Origin: Acidobacteriota bacterium
GTDB lineage: Bacteria; Acidobacteriota; UBA6911
Direction of reading: 5' to 3'
Length of the DNA stretch: 64,000 bases
NCBI GenBank assembly: GCA_012719355.1
Contig: JAAYAM010000018.1
Coordinates: forward strand, 35,758 to 99,757
Below are positions 51,001-58,584 of the stretch, piece after piece. The notes below the pieces were generated by a model. The model did no database searches, was not told where the DNA came from, and saw only the letters and a list, made by a program, of their open reading frames with translations. The position numbers and the translations under genes are program-made. Within the stretch, counting starts at the first letter, position 1. The number at the start of each line of letters is the position of its first letter.

Positions 51001-51925
51001 CTACTTCAGCCAGCCGTTTGTGACAAAAATCCATCTCAAAATGGACGCTACGGCGTTTTACCAGGAAGAGAGCCGTGACAGCTTCTGGGCAAGAAGGATA
51101 GGCTTTTCCATATTCAGGGAAAAAGAGCTTCCCGGGAACATGGTTCTCAACTACGGATACCGCTACGACAATGTCAAATGGAGTGACGACTTCTCGCCGG
51201 ATCCTACCATCTTCCATGCGGATGTTCCGGTAGCACGCCTGATTACTTCGATAACGCGCGATACGCGCGACAGCGCTCTGGACGCCACCCGCGGAGACTT
51301 CACATCCCATAGTATGGAGTTCGGACCGAAGTGGCTGGGATCTGACATCGGATTCGCCCGCTACTACGGTCAGTTCCTCAAGTATGTGCCGCTCGAGAAG
51401 TACTTCGGGATGCGCACGGAAGATGAAGAGGGGAAGCCTGTGCCGAGCTCTTTCGTTTTTGCCAGTGCGCTGCGGCTGGGACTTACGTCCGCCTTCGGCT
51501 CCCCACCCCCGGACGATCCGTCACCTATCATTTCGCCCGAACGCTTCTTTGCCGGCGGCGGGACCACAATGCGTGGCTTCCCGCAGGATCTTCTGGGCCC
51601 CACCGAAATCGTGCCCGTCAAGAAGGAGGATGGAACAATCAAACCCGTGGAAAAGCCGAAAGGAGGGGAGGGGCTCTTCCTGTTCAACAACGAATTACGT
51701 TTTCCGCTCTTCAGCATCTTCCAGGGAGTGGTCTTCCTTGACGTCGGCAATGTCTACCCACGGCTCGCCGATTTCGACTTCACGCTGCGGAAGACGGCAG
51801 GAGCAGGGCTCCGGGCCAAGATCAAGTTCATTCCCCTTCGCTTCGATTATGGCTGGAAACTCGATCGCCTCAGGCCGGGCGAGAGCGCGGGCGAGTTCTT
51901 CTTCAGTATCGGGCAGGCTTTCTAG
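45029..51925 (+). CDS. Giant fusion protein: TamB/AsmA-like translocation-and-assembly module protein fused to a 5-POTRA Omp85/BamA-type outer-membrane beta-barrel
   Basis: The N-terminal anchor is WIRFALLLPASLVAILVAFLLF. About 1500 aa of repetitive beta-rich sequence end in a DUF490/TamB-type block (NDPSVTGRITLNEGGEIILNNRSYFLDRGSITL...ILELTGTPDKLTTTLRDESQVLTERQIISLLLTGKT). After a Gly/Arg linker (about 49630-49665) come five POTRA-like repeats (about 49670-50850). An Omp85 barrel follows (about 50850-51925), ending ...FFFSIGQAF*. Confidence 0.85.
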   Translation: MTYQGRMKKRWIRFALLLPASLVAILVAFLLFVQTPFAGRLIARQVRSYLIEKYGADLRCTGLRLNLLNTSVEIDDVAVHSTSTPGLPPVFQADTVRVKVGLGGILRGVTDLERIEIGRPQVSYVIGKDGRSNIPEIPPSSGEKTSRFLISQAIAENGSFRYEDARDATTVIFPYWQLSIAGNRETFDHEISLTAGPVEKFQIQGRVIPLESLTFSGLLQPDDLRIRLAEFRFPGSIVAVSGSITDLDAPGLELQISPDLDLGRIISSAGLNWPVKGRVAGTISVVGASTAPSINGRLTGRNIDAGRYRKTRFDLRTSAEITSEEILLRDVRLVSPEGSLNASGRLSLSPEGSSTLDVGIRDFNLYGLGKQLDAPFDIASLVTGRVALRWKGAFALSRIRANANLDMRTSTDVHAPDLLPLSGTLHARMQSDRIDGELRDFSVMGSRIAGSFSLDSLETLQANLEGTIPEIDSTAARLAKFLGDSGDDLAGLELGGAAHFQVQAAGQLQNPALTVSLEASELRASEFKHLKAQVNAAIEGPHIELDTAVTFPQESTLNAHATLDTQGEKTLLDLNASIRAMPVLSLLASLEKDIEGSGTFTSELHVSGPMDAPEASLEVTSDPIWIEEQPVGQLDLALHLSEGRLRSERFRIVRDRTDPDQDYLDARITYVPKSREFSFQANGKALDMGRHTFGGTKVEGRINLTASGKGTIDNPSIAAVIESDDIRVQQRSLGPVTVTADLLNQDLSVKTTAPRLNLASNVHMENRSPFPFQGSVEARNLQLALFEIGLAKDELLAGAISALVKGSGNLEDLSKSRVTAHIENVHLESGALKINSQGPIDAEYRDNTIELKRPAIIASGDSRLELAGRVPLEKSSSEGTLTIRGEIDLEQAAGFLPPQRQLAAAGKMYLNVALSGAMDFLAAAGVITVQNGRLQHAGLPVPLTGIEIRSAIEGGALTLQRAEASFGEAAISARGELPFGLLPGNLPVQFYRKQGPAQLVLDVDNLRPEATEMLPEGISGLLSLHAEGEAKSFDLEGIRATAAFQDLRFKANQIEIAQQGASTIVLQDGVASVARFTLTGTGTNIDITGSFGLLPGSPVDLRLAGDFNAGLLTFVDQNLKAAGRTDVRVVVGGTREDLKFAGIAEMNGGRVTLVSPRLVADSLTVRLSLTPEQLTLQELKGTLNGGSVTAEGTVASKRSTFDDFDLKMRVQDVFFDYPQGLKSSSSGDLTFTSQDDFLVVGGTVRIQESSYREDFTVTGQLMNFLKSQGFEEEVEPNPFLDRIRFNVAVRTVTPLQVQNNVASIEATANLRLVGTVNDPSVTGRITLNEGGEIILNNRSYFLDRGSITLTDQTRIRPELDLQAQTKAHDYQIILELTGTPDKLTTTLRDESQVLTERQIISLLLTGKTDTDTQDTGANGTSTAGSTMKTQALSLLAGQAGEQLTREARQALRLSTFRIDPGMIQSESETAGPRLTLGDDITSKLGILYSMSLEGGGKEIVSARYDIARRLSVQTTKQEDNIFRFQMLHDLRFGGATRQRSGGQRRERFEIGSIEFKSPTPSETLLGKFKAKPGDKYDFPKIQKGLDNLQEYYRAEKRLEADIRLERETSRNKVNLDISAVPGPVVSFVFEGVPLPQRLKKEVEEAWTSGVFDVERLDDAVSAIRFYLLSEGYLQAAISHRIETDTDSKTVYFNVEPGVRYAGVSRIFPGASRIKDWVLNEAIDRAGLGMDVYTNPRKVSDFLKRYYQQRGYLQTKVSLPLPELDPETGTGKVVITIDEGPQFLVGELEFTGNASFEYDELWSIIPTSIGSIFNTGSMQDAVKALEDFYRARGYNEVTVTYRVSHDPAKALANVLFQITERRKSVIREIVVEGNQRTSQSFVLSQLDFQVGDVLDVAKINESRRRFYATRVYSSVDFITEETPGAQNPQVKNVRIRVRLREVQPYRFQYGFLVDTEGKRGGLVELQNLNLLGRASALGMRLRIDSEFKEGRLYFSQPFVTKIHLKMDATAFYQEESRDSFWARRIGFSIFREKELPGNMVLNYGYRYDNVKWSDDFSPDPTIFHADVPVARLITSITRDTRDSALDATRGDFTSHSMEFGPKWLGSDIGFARYYGQFLKYVPLEKYFGMRTEDEEGKPVPSSFVFASALRLGLTSAFGSPPPDDPSPIISPERFFAGGGTTMRGFPQDLLGPTEIVPVKKEDGTIKPVEKPKGGEGLFLFNNELRFPLFSIFQGVVFLDVGNVYPRLADFDFTLRKTAGAGLRAKIKFIPLRFDYGWKLDRLRPGESAGEFFFSIGQAF

Positions 51926-51943
51926 GAGATTTGTGCAGGCACT

Positions 51944-51975
51944 GTGACGGGTGCAGGCGAACCTTCACCCGTCAC
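51944..51975. terminator. Hairpin between convergent genes (candidate bidirectional terminator)
   Basis: GTGACGGGTG (51944-51953) / CACCCGTCAC (51966-51975) gives a perfect 10-bp stem with a 12-nt loop. Confidence 0.45.
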
Positions 51976-51997
51976 GGATGCATGGATCAGACGGGAC

Positions 51998-52570
51998 CTA
52001 CTGATAAAGCTTGAAGAACAGGGTCTTTCCGCGTCCCGTGGCCCCTCCGGTATCCGGATCGAATACCATGATCGGTTTGGTTTCTTTCTTGTCCACCACA
52101 AATGCAACCCAGCCTTCCAGCGACTTGCCGGGATCGACTCTGCCTACCAGCGCAGGTTCCGGCACCGTGACCGACGGTTTGGTGAACTCGGTCAGATCCG
52201 ATCCCAGAGCAATCCACTGAAGCGGCGCTTTTCCGATATCGATGGACATCTTGTCACTGACATAGCGTCCCTTGATCTCGAATTTCACGCGGGCGAGAAT
52301 GTACTCCGAATCTGCAGCCGGCGCCGGATTTGTCGCGCTCGCAGCCTTCAGCCGATCCATCGCCTCTTTGCCGCGAACCACTTCGAGAGTGGTCACAGTA
52401 ATGTCGTAGATGTTCGAGCTAACGGAACCGAGTTCGACCATGGACCGCACCGGCGCCCCGATAGCCGCCGGATTGGTCGGAGAGTTGTCCTGTGCCCCCG
52501 CTGGAAGGAGAAAGCCGACGAAAACAAATGCAAACAATACCATGAAAAGCACTACCATTTTGTTTCTCAT
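51998..52570 (-). CDS. Secreted hypothetical protein, DUF4352-like Ig-fold
   Basis: Signal peptide MRNKMVVLFMVLFAFVFVGFLLPAGAQD. The body (ITVTTLEVVRG...YILARVKFEIKG...GKSLEGWVAFVVDKKETKPIMVFDP) resembles DUF4352. The ATG at 52570 has GAGGAG upstream and lies 13 nt after the preceding stop. Confidence 0.6.
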   Translation of the reverse strand: MRNKMVVLFMVLFAFVFVGFLLPAGAQDNSPTNPAAIGAPVRSMVELGSVSSNIYDITVTTLEVVRGKEAMDRLKAASATNPAPAADSEYILARVKFEIKGRYVSDKMSIDIGKAPLQWIALGSDLTEFTKPSVTVPEPALVGRVDPGKSLEGWVAFVVDKKETKPIMVFDPDTGGATGRGKTLFFKLYQ

Positions 52571-52583
52571 TGCTCTTCTCCTC

Positions 52584-54362
52584 TTATCTCCAATGGTCCA
52601 CGGACGCGCTGCCAATGTAACCGAAATCTCCACCGGCCCAGAAGGTGTTTGTTCCTCCTCCTGTGACGACGATCTCAATGGTAGTGGCGGTATTGCCGCC
52701 CAGGGAGGTGAAGCCTGAGCCGCTTCCGGCCCTTCTGCCGCCGCCCTTATAGCGTGAAACCGGAACCACCACGTCTTTGCCCCGTTTCAGCCAGCTCGCA
52801 TAGGGCTCCACTCCGGACTCAGCCTGCTTCAAGGCCGTACGGTTCTGAGACCAGAATAACCAGCCCGGCGTCCCTGTGTTATCCGCAAGGTACCTGGCGA
52901 ACTCTTCCTTCGACTTGTAGCCGTTGTTGGCGATATCGGCGGCGACAATCGGGTCGATAACCAGCGTCGCCTGCCTGGTGCCGTACGAGAAGAAGTTTTC
53001 CAGCCATCCCCGGATGACTTCATGAATCGGCAGCGGGGAATACCATGCGATGTTGCTGAAGCTCCAGCCGTTGAAGAAGCTGACAACGCTGTCGTTCTTT
53101 TTGAATCCTTTCTGCACGTGCAGCGGGGTCCAGCCTGCAGGCAGGTTGTCCTCGTTTTCCGGCATGCAGAGATTGTTGTAGTTGATTGGATTCCCGAGGC
53201 TGCCGAGGTAGGTTTCTCCCGGCTTCCCGGATCCACCCAGGTTCTTGGAAATCAGCGTCCAGCATCTGCCGATGGAGGAATTGGCCTGATTGAACGGACC
53301 CAAAGCGCCGATGCCGGTGTTCATGCCGATCTCTTTGACCACCGGACCGTTAACCACAACCATGCGGCCAAACGACGATGTTGAACTGATCATAGATGTG
53401 ACACCTTTGGAAGCCATGGCCAGGATCGTCGGGAAATACTCAGGCTTTACTCCAGCCATGACTGCATTCACCGCTACCATTTCCACCGTGTAATACCATG
53501 CTTCATGCGGAGGAGACGGGCGCATCTGCCCGACCCACTCATCCGGCTTGCGGCTCGTCGCCTTCAGCATCTCGGCAACTTTCTTCTCGGTCGGGAGAAT
53601 GATGGGATTGCCGTCGGTGAAGTTCTGCTCATGGAAAAACTGCATCAGCCTGTCGGGCGTGTCTGGCGGCAAAAGTCTCGGCCGGGGATCGCGTTTGAGG
53701 TATCCGGACTTGGCGTCTTCCGCCGAAAGCTTCCCTGTCAGACTGTCATAAATCTGTTCCAGCATAGGCTTGCCCGAAATCGGGTCGTTGCCCGCCACGT
53801 ATTTCCGGCACAGCTCCGCAGGTCTGTCCGTGATGGGATGAGGCGTGAAGGTAATCCGCATGTTCGGGATTCCCTTCTTGTAAGCGATGGTCGTGACAAG
53901 TTCCTGGAATCTGCGAGTGATCATCGGTACGGACGGGACTCCCATTCTCTCCAAAGTCACTGCATGGCCGACGACCGCCGGCGCGCAGCTGCTTCAATGG
54001 CCTACCAGAACAATCGATCCCGCAGCCTTCTCTTTGACCTCCTTCCACAGGTTTGGATCATCATCCATGTACATCCCGAACTTCTCGCGCAATACCCATG
54101 TCGTCTTCGGGTATTTTGCCTGAAGCGCGGAGTGAAGCTCAGTGACGAATGGCTTCGTCATGGCGTATTTGGTATCCACGATGTACACAGTCTTGCCGTC
54201 AAGCGTGGGCTGCCGCGGCGCCATCGGAATCTTGCGAATCTCAGGCTGAACACCGCGAGGATTCATAACTACTATCTTCCCTTCGTCGGCCGCCCATCCT
54301 GAGAATGAGGCGAACGACGCGATCAGAATGGCAATCATCATGCCAATCGTCCTAATTTTCAC
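52584..54362 (-). CDS. Candidate selenoprotein of unknown function (two track ORFs joined through an in-frame TGA at 53994-53996; U-x-x-C motif; N-terminal signal peptide)
   Basis: ORFs 53994..54362 and 52584..53960 share a frame. Only TGA plus 11 sense codons separate them. A SECIS-like hairpin follows the TGA. The upstream GTG start has AGGAGG 7 nt upstream, while the downstream GTG has no RBS. Read-through gives ...SIVLVGH-U-SSCAPAVVGHAVTLERMGVPSV... Confidence 0.6.
53960..53988 (-). promoter_or_regulatory. SECIS-like stem-loop immediately 3' of the in-frame UGA
   Basis: The mRNA reads UGA AGCAG-CUGC-GC-GCCGGC-GGUC-GUCGGC-CAU-GCAG. It forms a 6-bp upper stem (one G-U pair) capped by a GGUC tetraloop at nt 21-24 from the U of UGA. 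A 4-bp lower stem sits across a small internal loop. Confidence 0.55.
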
Positions 54363-54512
54363 AACACCACCTCCTGTGGTAAAACATTTCAGTTTGGCCC
54401 CCTCAACTCTGACAAACGAACTTTACTCTCCGTCCGGGATCTTCATACTCCCGGAACCTCAGTAAAAATCGACCGTGTCTATTATGCGATATCACATCTC
54501 GTATAGGCGGAC

Positions 54513-54542
54513 AGTGTAGGTCGAATTCAACGACAGGGTCAA
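54513..54542 (-). promoter_or_regulatory. Sigma-70-like promoter candidate for the selenoprotein operon
   Basis: On the minus strand there is TTGACC (54542-54537), an 18-nt spacer, then TACACT (54518-54513). It lies about 150 nt upstream of the GTG start. Confidence 0.35.
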
Positions 54543-54596
54543 GGAAAAGTTGTTTGCGGTTTTCTCGAGTATGTGGATGGAAACAGCGCGAGTGAC

Positions 54597-54633
54597 CGCG
54601 ACGCGCCGGGCATGATTGCAAGGGCGCGTCGCG
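54597..54633 (-). terminator. GC-rich hairpin just downstream of gcvP
   Basis: 11-bp perfect stem CGCGACGCGCC / GGCGCGTCGCG with a 15-nt loop, beginning 11 nt after the gcvP TAA. Only a weak T run follows. Confidence 0.4.
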
Positions 54634-54644
54634 TTGTATGGGGC

Positions 54645-57533
54645 TTATCCTGCGTATTCCTTCACGGGCGGGCAGAGGCAAACGAGGTTTCGATCTCCAT
54701 AGGCGCTGTCGATGCGGCCGACGGAAGGCCAGAACTTATGCGTCCGCGTCCATGGCGCGGGGAATGCGGCCTCTTCTCTGGAATAGGGATGCCTCCACTC
54801 CTCGACCAGTAACGCTTCAATCGTGTGAGGAGCATTCTTGAGCAGATTATCGACCGGATCGGCTTTACCCAGTTCTATCGCCGAAATTTCGCTGCGTATG
54901 GAAATCATCGCCTCACAAAACCGGTCGAGTTCCTCCAGAGACTCGCTTTCGGTCGGCTCGATCATCATTGTACCGGGCACCGGGAAAGACACGGTTGGAG
55001 CATGGAACCCGTAATCCATGAGGCGCTTGGCCACGTCTTCCACCTCGATGCCGGCCGTTTTCTTCAGGTTCCGCAGATCAAGGACGCATTCGTGCGCCAC
55101 AAATCCATGGGAGCCCCTGAAAAGGACGGGATAGAACGGATCCAGCTGTTTTGCAATATAGTTTGCGTTGATGATGGCATAGCAGGTCGCTTCTCTCAGT
55201 CCTTGTGATCCCATCAGTCGTATATACGCCCATGAAATCGGCAGTATACTCGGGCTTCCCCATGGGGCTGAAGATACAGGGCCTACGCTTTCGCCGGTTC
55301 CAATCGAGACTACCGGATGACCCGGCAGAAACGGCGCCAGGTGAGACGCGACCGCTATCGGACCGACCCCGGGCCCACCGCCGCCGTGCGGGATACAGAA
55401 GGTCTTGTGCAGATTCAGATGGCATACATCGGCCCCTGCTTCCGCGGGCCGGCAGATCCCGACCTGCGCATTCATGTTCGCGCCGTCCATGTAAACCTGT
55501 CCTCCATGTTCATGCACGATCCCGCAGATTTCCCTGATCGCCTCTTCAAACACCCCATGGGTTGACGGGTAAGTCACCATCAGTGCTGCAAGCCTGTCTC
55601 TATGTTGTTCGGCTTTCTCCCTCAGGTCGGTCACGTCTATGTTGCCGTTTTCGTCGCATCGGACGACCACGACTTTGAACCCGGCCATCACCGAACTCGC
55701 CGGGTTTGTCCCATGTGCCGATTCAGGGATAAGGCAGATGTTGCGGTGTCCCTGCCCCTTCGATTCGTGATACTTGCGGATCACCAGCAGTCCCGAATAC
55801 TCTCCCTGCGATCCGGCGTTCGGCTGCAGGGAAACGGCCGGCAGTCCGGTGATCTCGCCAAGCCACGCCTGCAGCTGGCGGAATATCTGCTGGTATCCTT
55901 CGACCTGTTCCACGGGAGCGAATGGATGAATACGGGCAAAGCCCGGCCACGAGACCGGCATCATCTCCACGGTCGCGTTGAGTTTCATAGTGCACGACCC
56001 GAGAGGAATCATCGAAGTGTTGAGAGCCAGGTCTTTTGACTCCAGACGATGCAGGTAGCGCAGGAATTCCGTTTCCGAGTGATAGCTGTTGAAGACGGGG
56101 TGAGAAAGGTAGGGGCTCTTGCGCGCAAGCGGAGCAGGCAACTGCGCCGCGGAGACCTTTTCAATCAGTCTCCCGACATCGAACGGCTGTGCCGCTCCGG
56201 CAAACACCAGAAGCAGATCTTCGACATCGCCGGCCGTCGTGGTCTCGTTGAGGCTTATCCCCACCGAATCCGAATCGATGCGGCGCAGATTGATTCCGCG
56301 TTTCCGGGCGGCTTCAATTACCTTTCCCGCTCCCGACGCTCCCGTCTCTACCCGCAGGGTGTCAAAGCAGGGATCCGGACCGGCGTCGAATCCGGCTTGA
56401 TTGAGACCCTCGCGGAGCGCAGAAGCAAGGAGATGAATCCGTTTTGCTATGTTTCTGAGACCTTCAGGCCCATGATAAACGGCGTACATGCCCGACATCA
56501 CGGCAAGCAGCACCTGCGCGGTGCAGATGTTGCTGGTGGCTTTGTCGCGCCGTATATGCTGCTCGCGGGTCTGAAGAGCAAGCCGGAGCGCAGGCTTGCC
56601 GAGAGAATCCTTTGACAGTCCGACGATGCGGCCCGGCATCTGCCTTCTGTACTCTGCACGTGTTGAGAAAAAGCCTGCATGAGGCCCCCCATACCCGAGC
56701 GGCACTCCGAATCGCTGGGAATTCCCCACGGCAATGTCGGCGCCGAATTCTCCGGGAGCGCGCAGCAGAGTCAGCGAGAGAAGATCTGCCGCGACTGTGA
56801 CCAGTGCGTTGTTCTGGTGTGCGCGCTCGATAAACTCCGAGTAGTCATATATGCGGCCGTCGCTTGCCGGATACTGCACCAGGGCGCCGAAGACCGGTTG
56901 AGCGAAGTCGAATGTCTCGTGATTTCCGATGATGAGGTCGATCCCGCGCGCCCGTGCTCTTGTTTCCACCACTGCAATTGTTTGCGGATGGCAGTTCTCG
57001 GACACGAAGTAGTTCCCTGCCCCGGTCTTGCACAGCCCGAAGCTCATGCTCATGGCTTCGGCGGCGGCCGTCCCTTCATCGAGAAGAGATGCATTTGCAA
57101 TCTCCAGGCCTGTGAGATCGGCGATCATGGTCTGGAAATTGAGGAGCGCTTCCAGCCTGCCCTGTGATATTTCCGCCTGATACGGCGTGTAGGCGGTATA
57201 CCACCCGGGATTCTCCAGGATGTTCCGCTGAATGACAGGGGGAACAATACAGTCGTGATACCCCATGCCTATGAAAGAGCGAAAAATCCGGTTCCTGCCG
57301 GCAAGCTCCCTGAGTTCGGCCAAAATTGCATTTTCAGTGCTCCCGTCACCTATGTCCGGCGGCTGCTGCAGCCTGATCGAAACCGGGACGGTCTTTTCCA
57401 TCAGCTCGTCCATCCCGCTCAGACCGAGAACCTCCAGCATTCTCCGGCCGTCCAGCGGCCGAGGCCCTATGTGCCGCCGGACAAATGAATATGAATCTGG
57501 GAGTACCGGGTCAGTTCTTCTGGTAGATGCCAT
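54645..57533 (-). CDS. gcvP: Glycine dehydrogenase (aminomethyl-transferring), single-chain P protein
   Basis: 962 aa. The N-terminus FVRRHIGP, then [16 protein letters not shown], and the PLP-lysine context [16 protein letters not shown] are present. Confidence 0.95.
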   Translation of the reverse strand: MASTRRTDPVLPDSYSFVRRHIGPRPLDGRRMLEVLGLSGMDELMEKTVPVSIRLQQPPDIGDGSTENAILAELRELAGRNRIFRSFIGMGYHDCIVPPVIQRNILENPGWYTAYTPYQAEISQGRLEALLNFQTMIADLTGLEIANASLLDEGTAAAEAMSMSFGLCKTGAGNYFVSENCHPQTIAVVETRARARGIDLIIGNHETFDFAQPVFGALVQYPASDGRIYDYSEFIERAHQNNALVTVAADLLSLTLLRAPGEFGADIAVGNSQRFGVPLGYGGPHAGFFSTRAEYRRQMPGRIVGLSKDSLGKPALRLALQTREQHIRRDKATSNICTAQVLLAVMSGMYAVYHGPEGLRNIAKRIHLLASALREGLNQAGFDAGPDPCFDTLRVETGASGAGKVIEAARKRGINLRRIDSDSVGISLNETTTAGDVEDLLLVFAGAAQPFDVGRLIEKVSAAQLPAPLARKSPYLSHPVFNSYHSETEFLRYLHRLESKDLALNTSMIPLGSCTMKLNATVEMMPVSWPGFARIHPFAPVEQVEGYQQIFRQLQAWLGEITGLPAVSLQPNAGSQGEYSGLLVIRKYHESKGQGHRNICLIPESAHGTNPASSVMAGFKVVVVRCDENGNIDVTDLREKAEQHRDRLAALMVTYPSTHGVFEEAIREICGIVHEHGGQVYMDGANMNAQVGICRPAEAGADVCHLNLHKTFCIPHGGGGPGVGPIAVASHLAPFLPGHPVVSIGTGESVGPVSSAPWGSPSILPISWAYIRLMGSQGLREATCYAIINANYIAKQLDPFYPVLFRGSHGFVAHECVLDLRNLKKTAGIEVEDVAKRLMDYGFHAPTVSFPVPGTMMIEPTESESLEELDRFCEAMISIRSEISAIELGKADPVDNLLKNAPHTIEALLVEEWRHPYSREEAAFPAPWTRTHKFWPSVGRIDSAYGDRNLVCLCPPVKEYAG

Positions 57534-57598
57534 TGGTTCCTATCCTGTATTGATGTAGAGGGTAAACTGTAGAGTGTAACTCCGGGACGGGAAGACTC

Positions 57599-58414
57599 TC
57601 AATAGCGGTCAGGACCTGCACGACCGCCCGCCGCGGTTATCCAGCAGAAAACCGGGTCATGGGCTTCTTCTGCGGGACGCCTTCGGCTGCGCAGCTCCGC
57701 AAGGGAATCACTCATTATCTGGAAGACGTCTTCCATGAGCCGGTGCTTTTCTCCCCTGGCATAGCCCGACAGATCTATGGGCGCCCCGATCCTGATCCTG
57801 ATCGTTACTCCGGGAGTCACCTGCAGCGTTCCCGGAACTATGACACGGCTGCTGCCGTCGAGTGTTATCGGAACCAGCGGCACACCGGTGCGCAGCGCAA
57901 GGGCAAACGCACCGCTGCGGAATTCCCCCAGTTCCCCCGTTCGACTCCGGGTCCCTTCCGGAAAAGCGATTGCGCTCACCCCGCCGCGAATCTCCTCCGC
58001 GGCCTGTATGATTGTCTTTGCCGCTTCCCTGGGATTTTCACGGTCTATCGGGATGTAGCCGGAGCGACGCATGTGCCATCCCATGAACGGAATCCGGAAG
58101 AGCGACTTCTTCGCAATCCAGCGAAACTGAATCGGAAGGAATGCCGCGAGCGAAAGGATATCGTGCAGTCCGCTGTGATTTGCCACGAGTATCTGGGGAC
58201 GGGTGCGATCGATGTTTTCGATGCCTTCAATCTCGACGCGGGCCCGGCTCAGCCACAGGTTGTCCTTCGACCACCTGCGCATGCAGTAATGCTGCAGCTT
58301 TCCCGTGCCCGAGACCAGGCTCCCGAGTATCGAGACAGTTCCCCAAAACACCGTGCTCACTGCGCATCCGGTCCAGCACCAGGTCGTGAAAATTCCGGCT
58401 CTCAGTCTTTTCAT
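57599..58414 (-). CDS. plsC: 1-acyl-sn-glycerol-3-phosphate acyltransferase
   Basis: An N-terminal TM segment is followed by the acyltransferase motifs VANHSGLHD (H-x4-D) and FPEGTRS. Confidence 0.85.
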   Translation of the reverse strand: MKRLRAGIFTTWCWTGCAVSTVFWGTVSILGSLVSGTGKLQHYCMRRWSKDNLWLSRARVEIEGIENIDRTRPQILVANHSGLHDILSLAAFLPIQFRWIAKKSLFRIPFMGWHMRRSGYIPIDRENPREAAKTIIQAAEEIRGGVSAIAFPEGTRSRTGELGEFRSGAFALALRTGVPLVPITLDGSSRVIVPGTLQVTPGVTIRIRIGAPIDLSGYARGEKHRLMEDVFQIMSDSLAELRSRRRPAEEAHDPVFCWITAAGGRAGPDRY

Positions 58415-58530
58415 CCGGAAGAATGTACATAAAAAGGGTTCCCGGTTTCCAGTTCAGAGTTCCGGCTCTTGGTTGAAAATCAGTGGAAGGGTATTGCAGA
58501 TGATTTGAAAAAGAGTTCCAGTTTTCCCCG

Positions 58531-58565
58531 GAGAGCCGGCACCCGTTGTCCCGATCCCGGCTCTC
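58531..58565 (-). terminator. Hairpin downstream of the dodecin gene
   Basis: GAGAGCCGG / CCGGCTCTC gives a 9-bp stem with a 17-nt loop, about 20 nt after the stop. A TCTTTTTC run follows about 20 nt later on the coding strand. Confidence 0.3.
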
Positions 58566-58584
58566 TTGCGGCGGTATCTGGTTC

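Noticed and set aside
52584-53960. Treating the 458-aa ORF as an independent gene starting at the GTG at 53960, with the 122-aa ORF as a separate small secreted protein or pseudogene fragment.
   Set aside because: The GTG has no RBS and lies inside the hairpin stem. The frames coincide, the intervening 11 codons are open, and the UGA context gives U-x-x-C with an fdhF-like hairpin. I retain this reading only as the alternative hypothesis; a nonsense-mutated pseudogene cannot be fully excluded without homologues.
54363-54644. A glycine riboswitch near gcvP or upstream of the candidate selenoprotein.
   Set aside because: Reading the minus strand, I could not find the conserved glycine-riboswitch core elements. 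The gap upstream of gcvP itself (57534-57598) is only 65 nt. I kept only a generic structured-leader observation.
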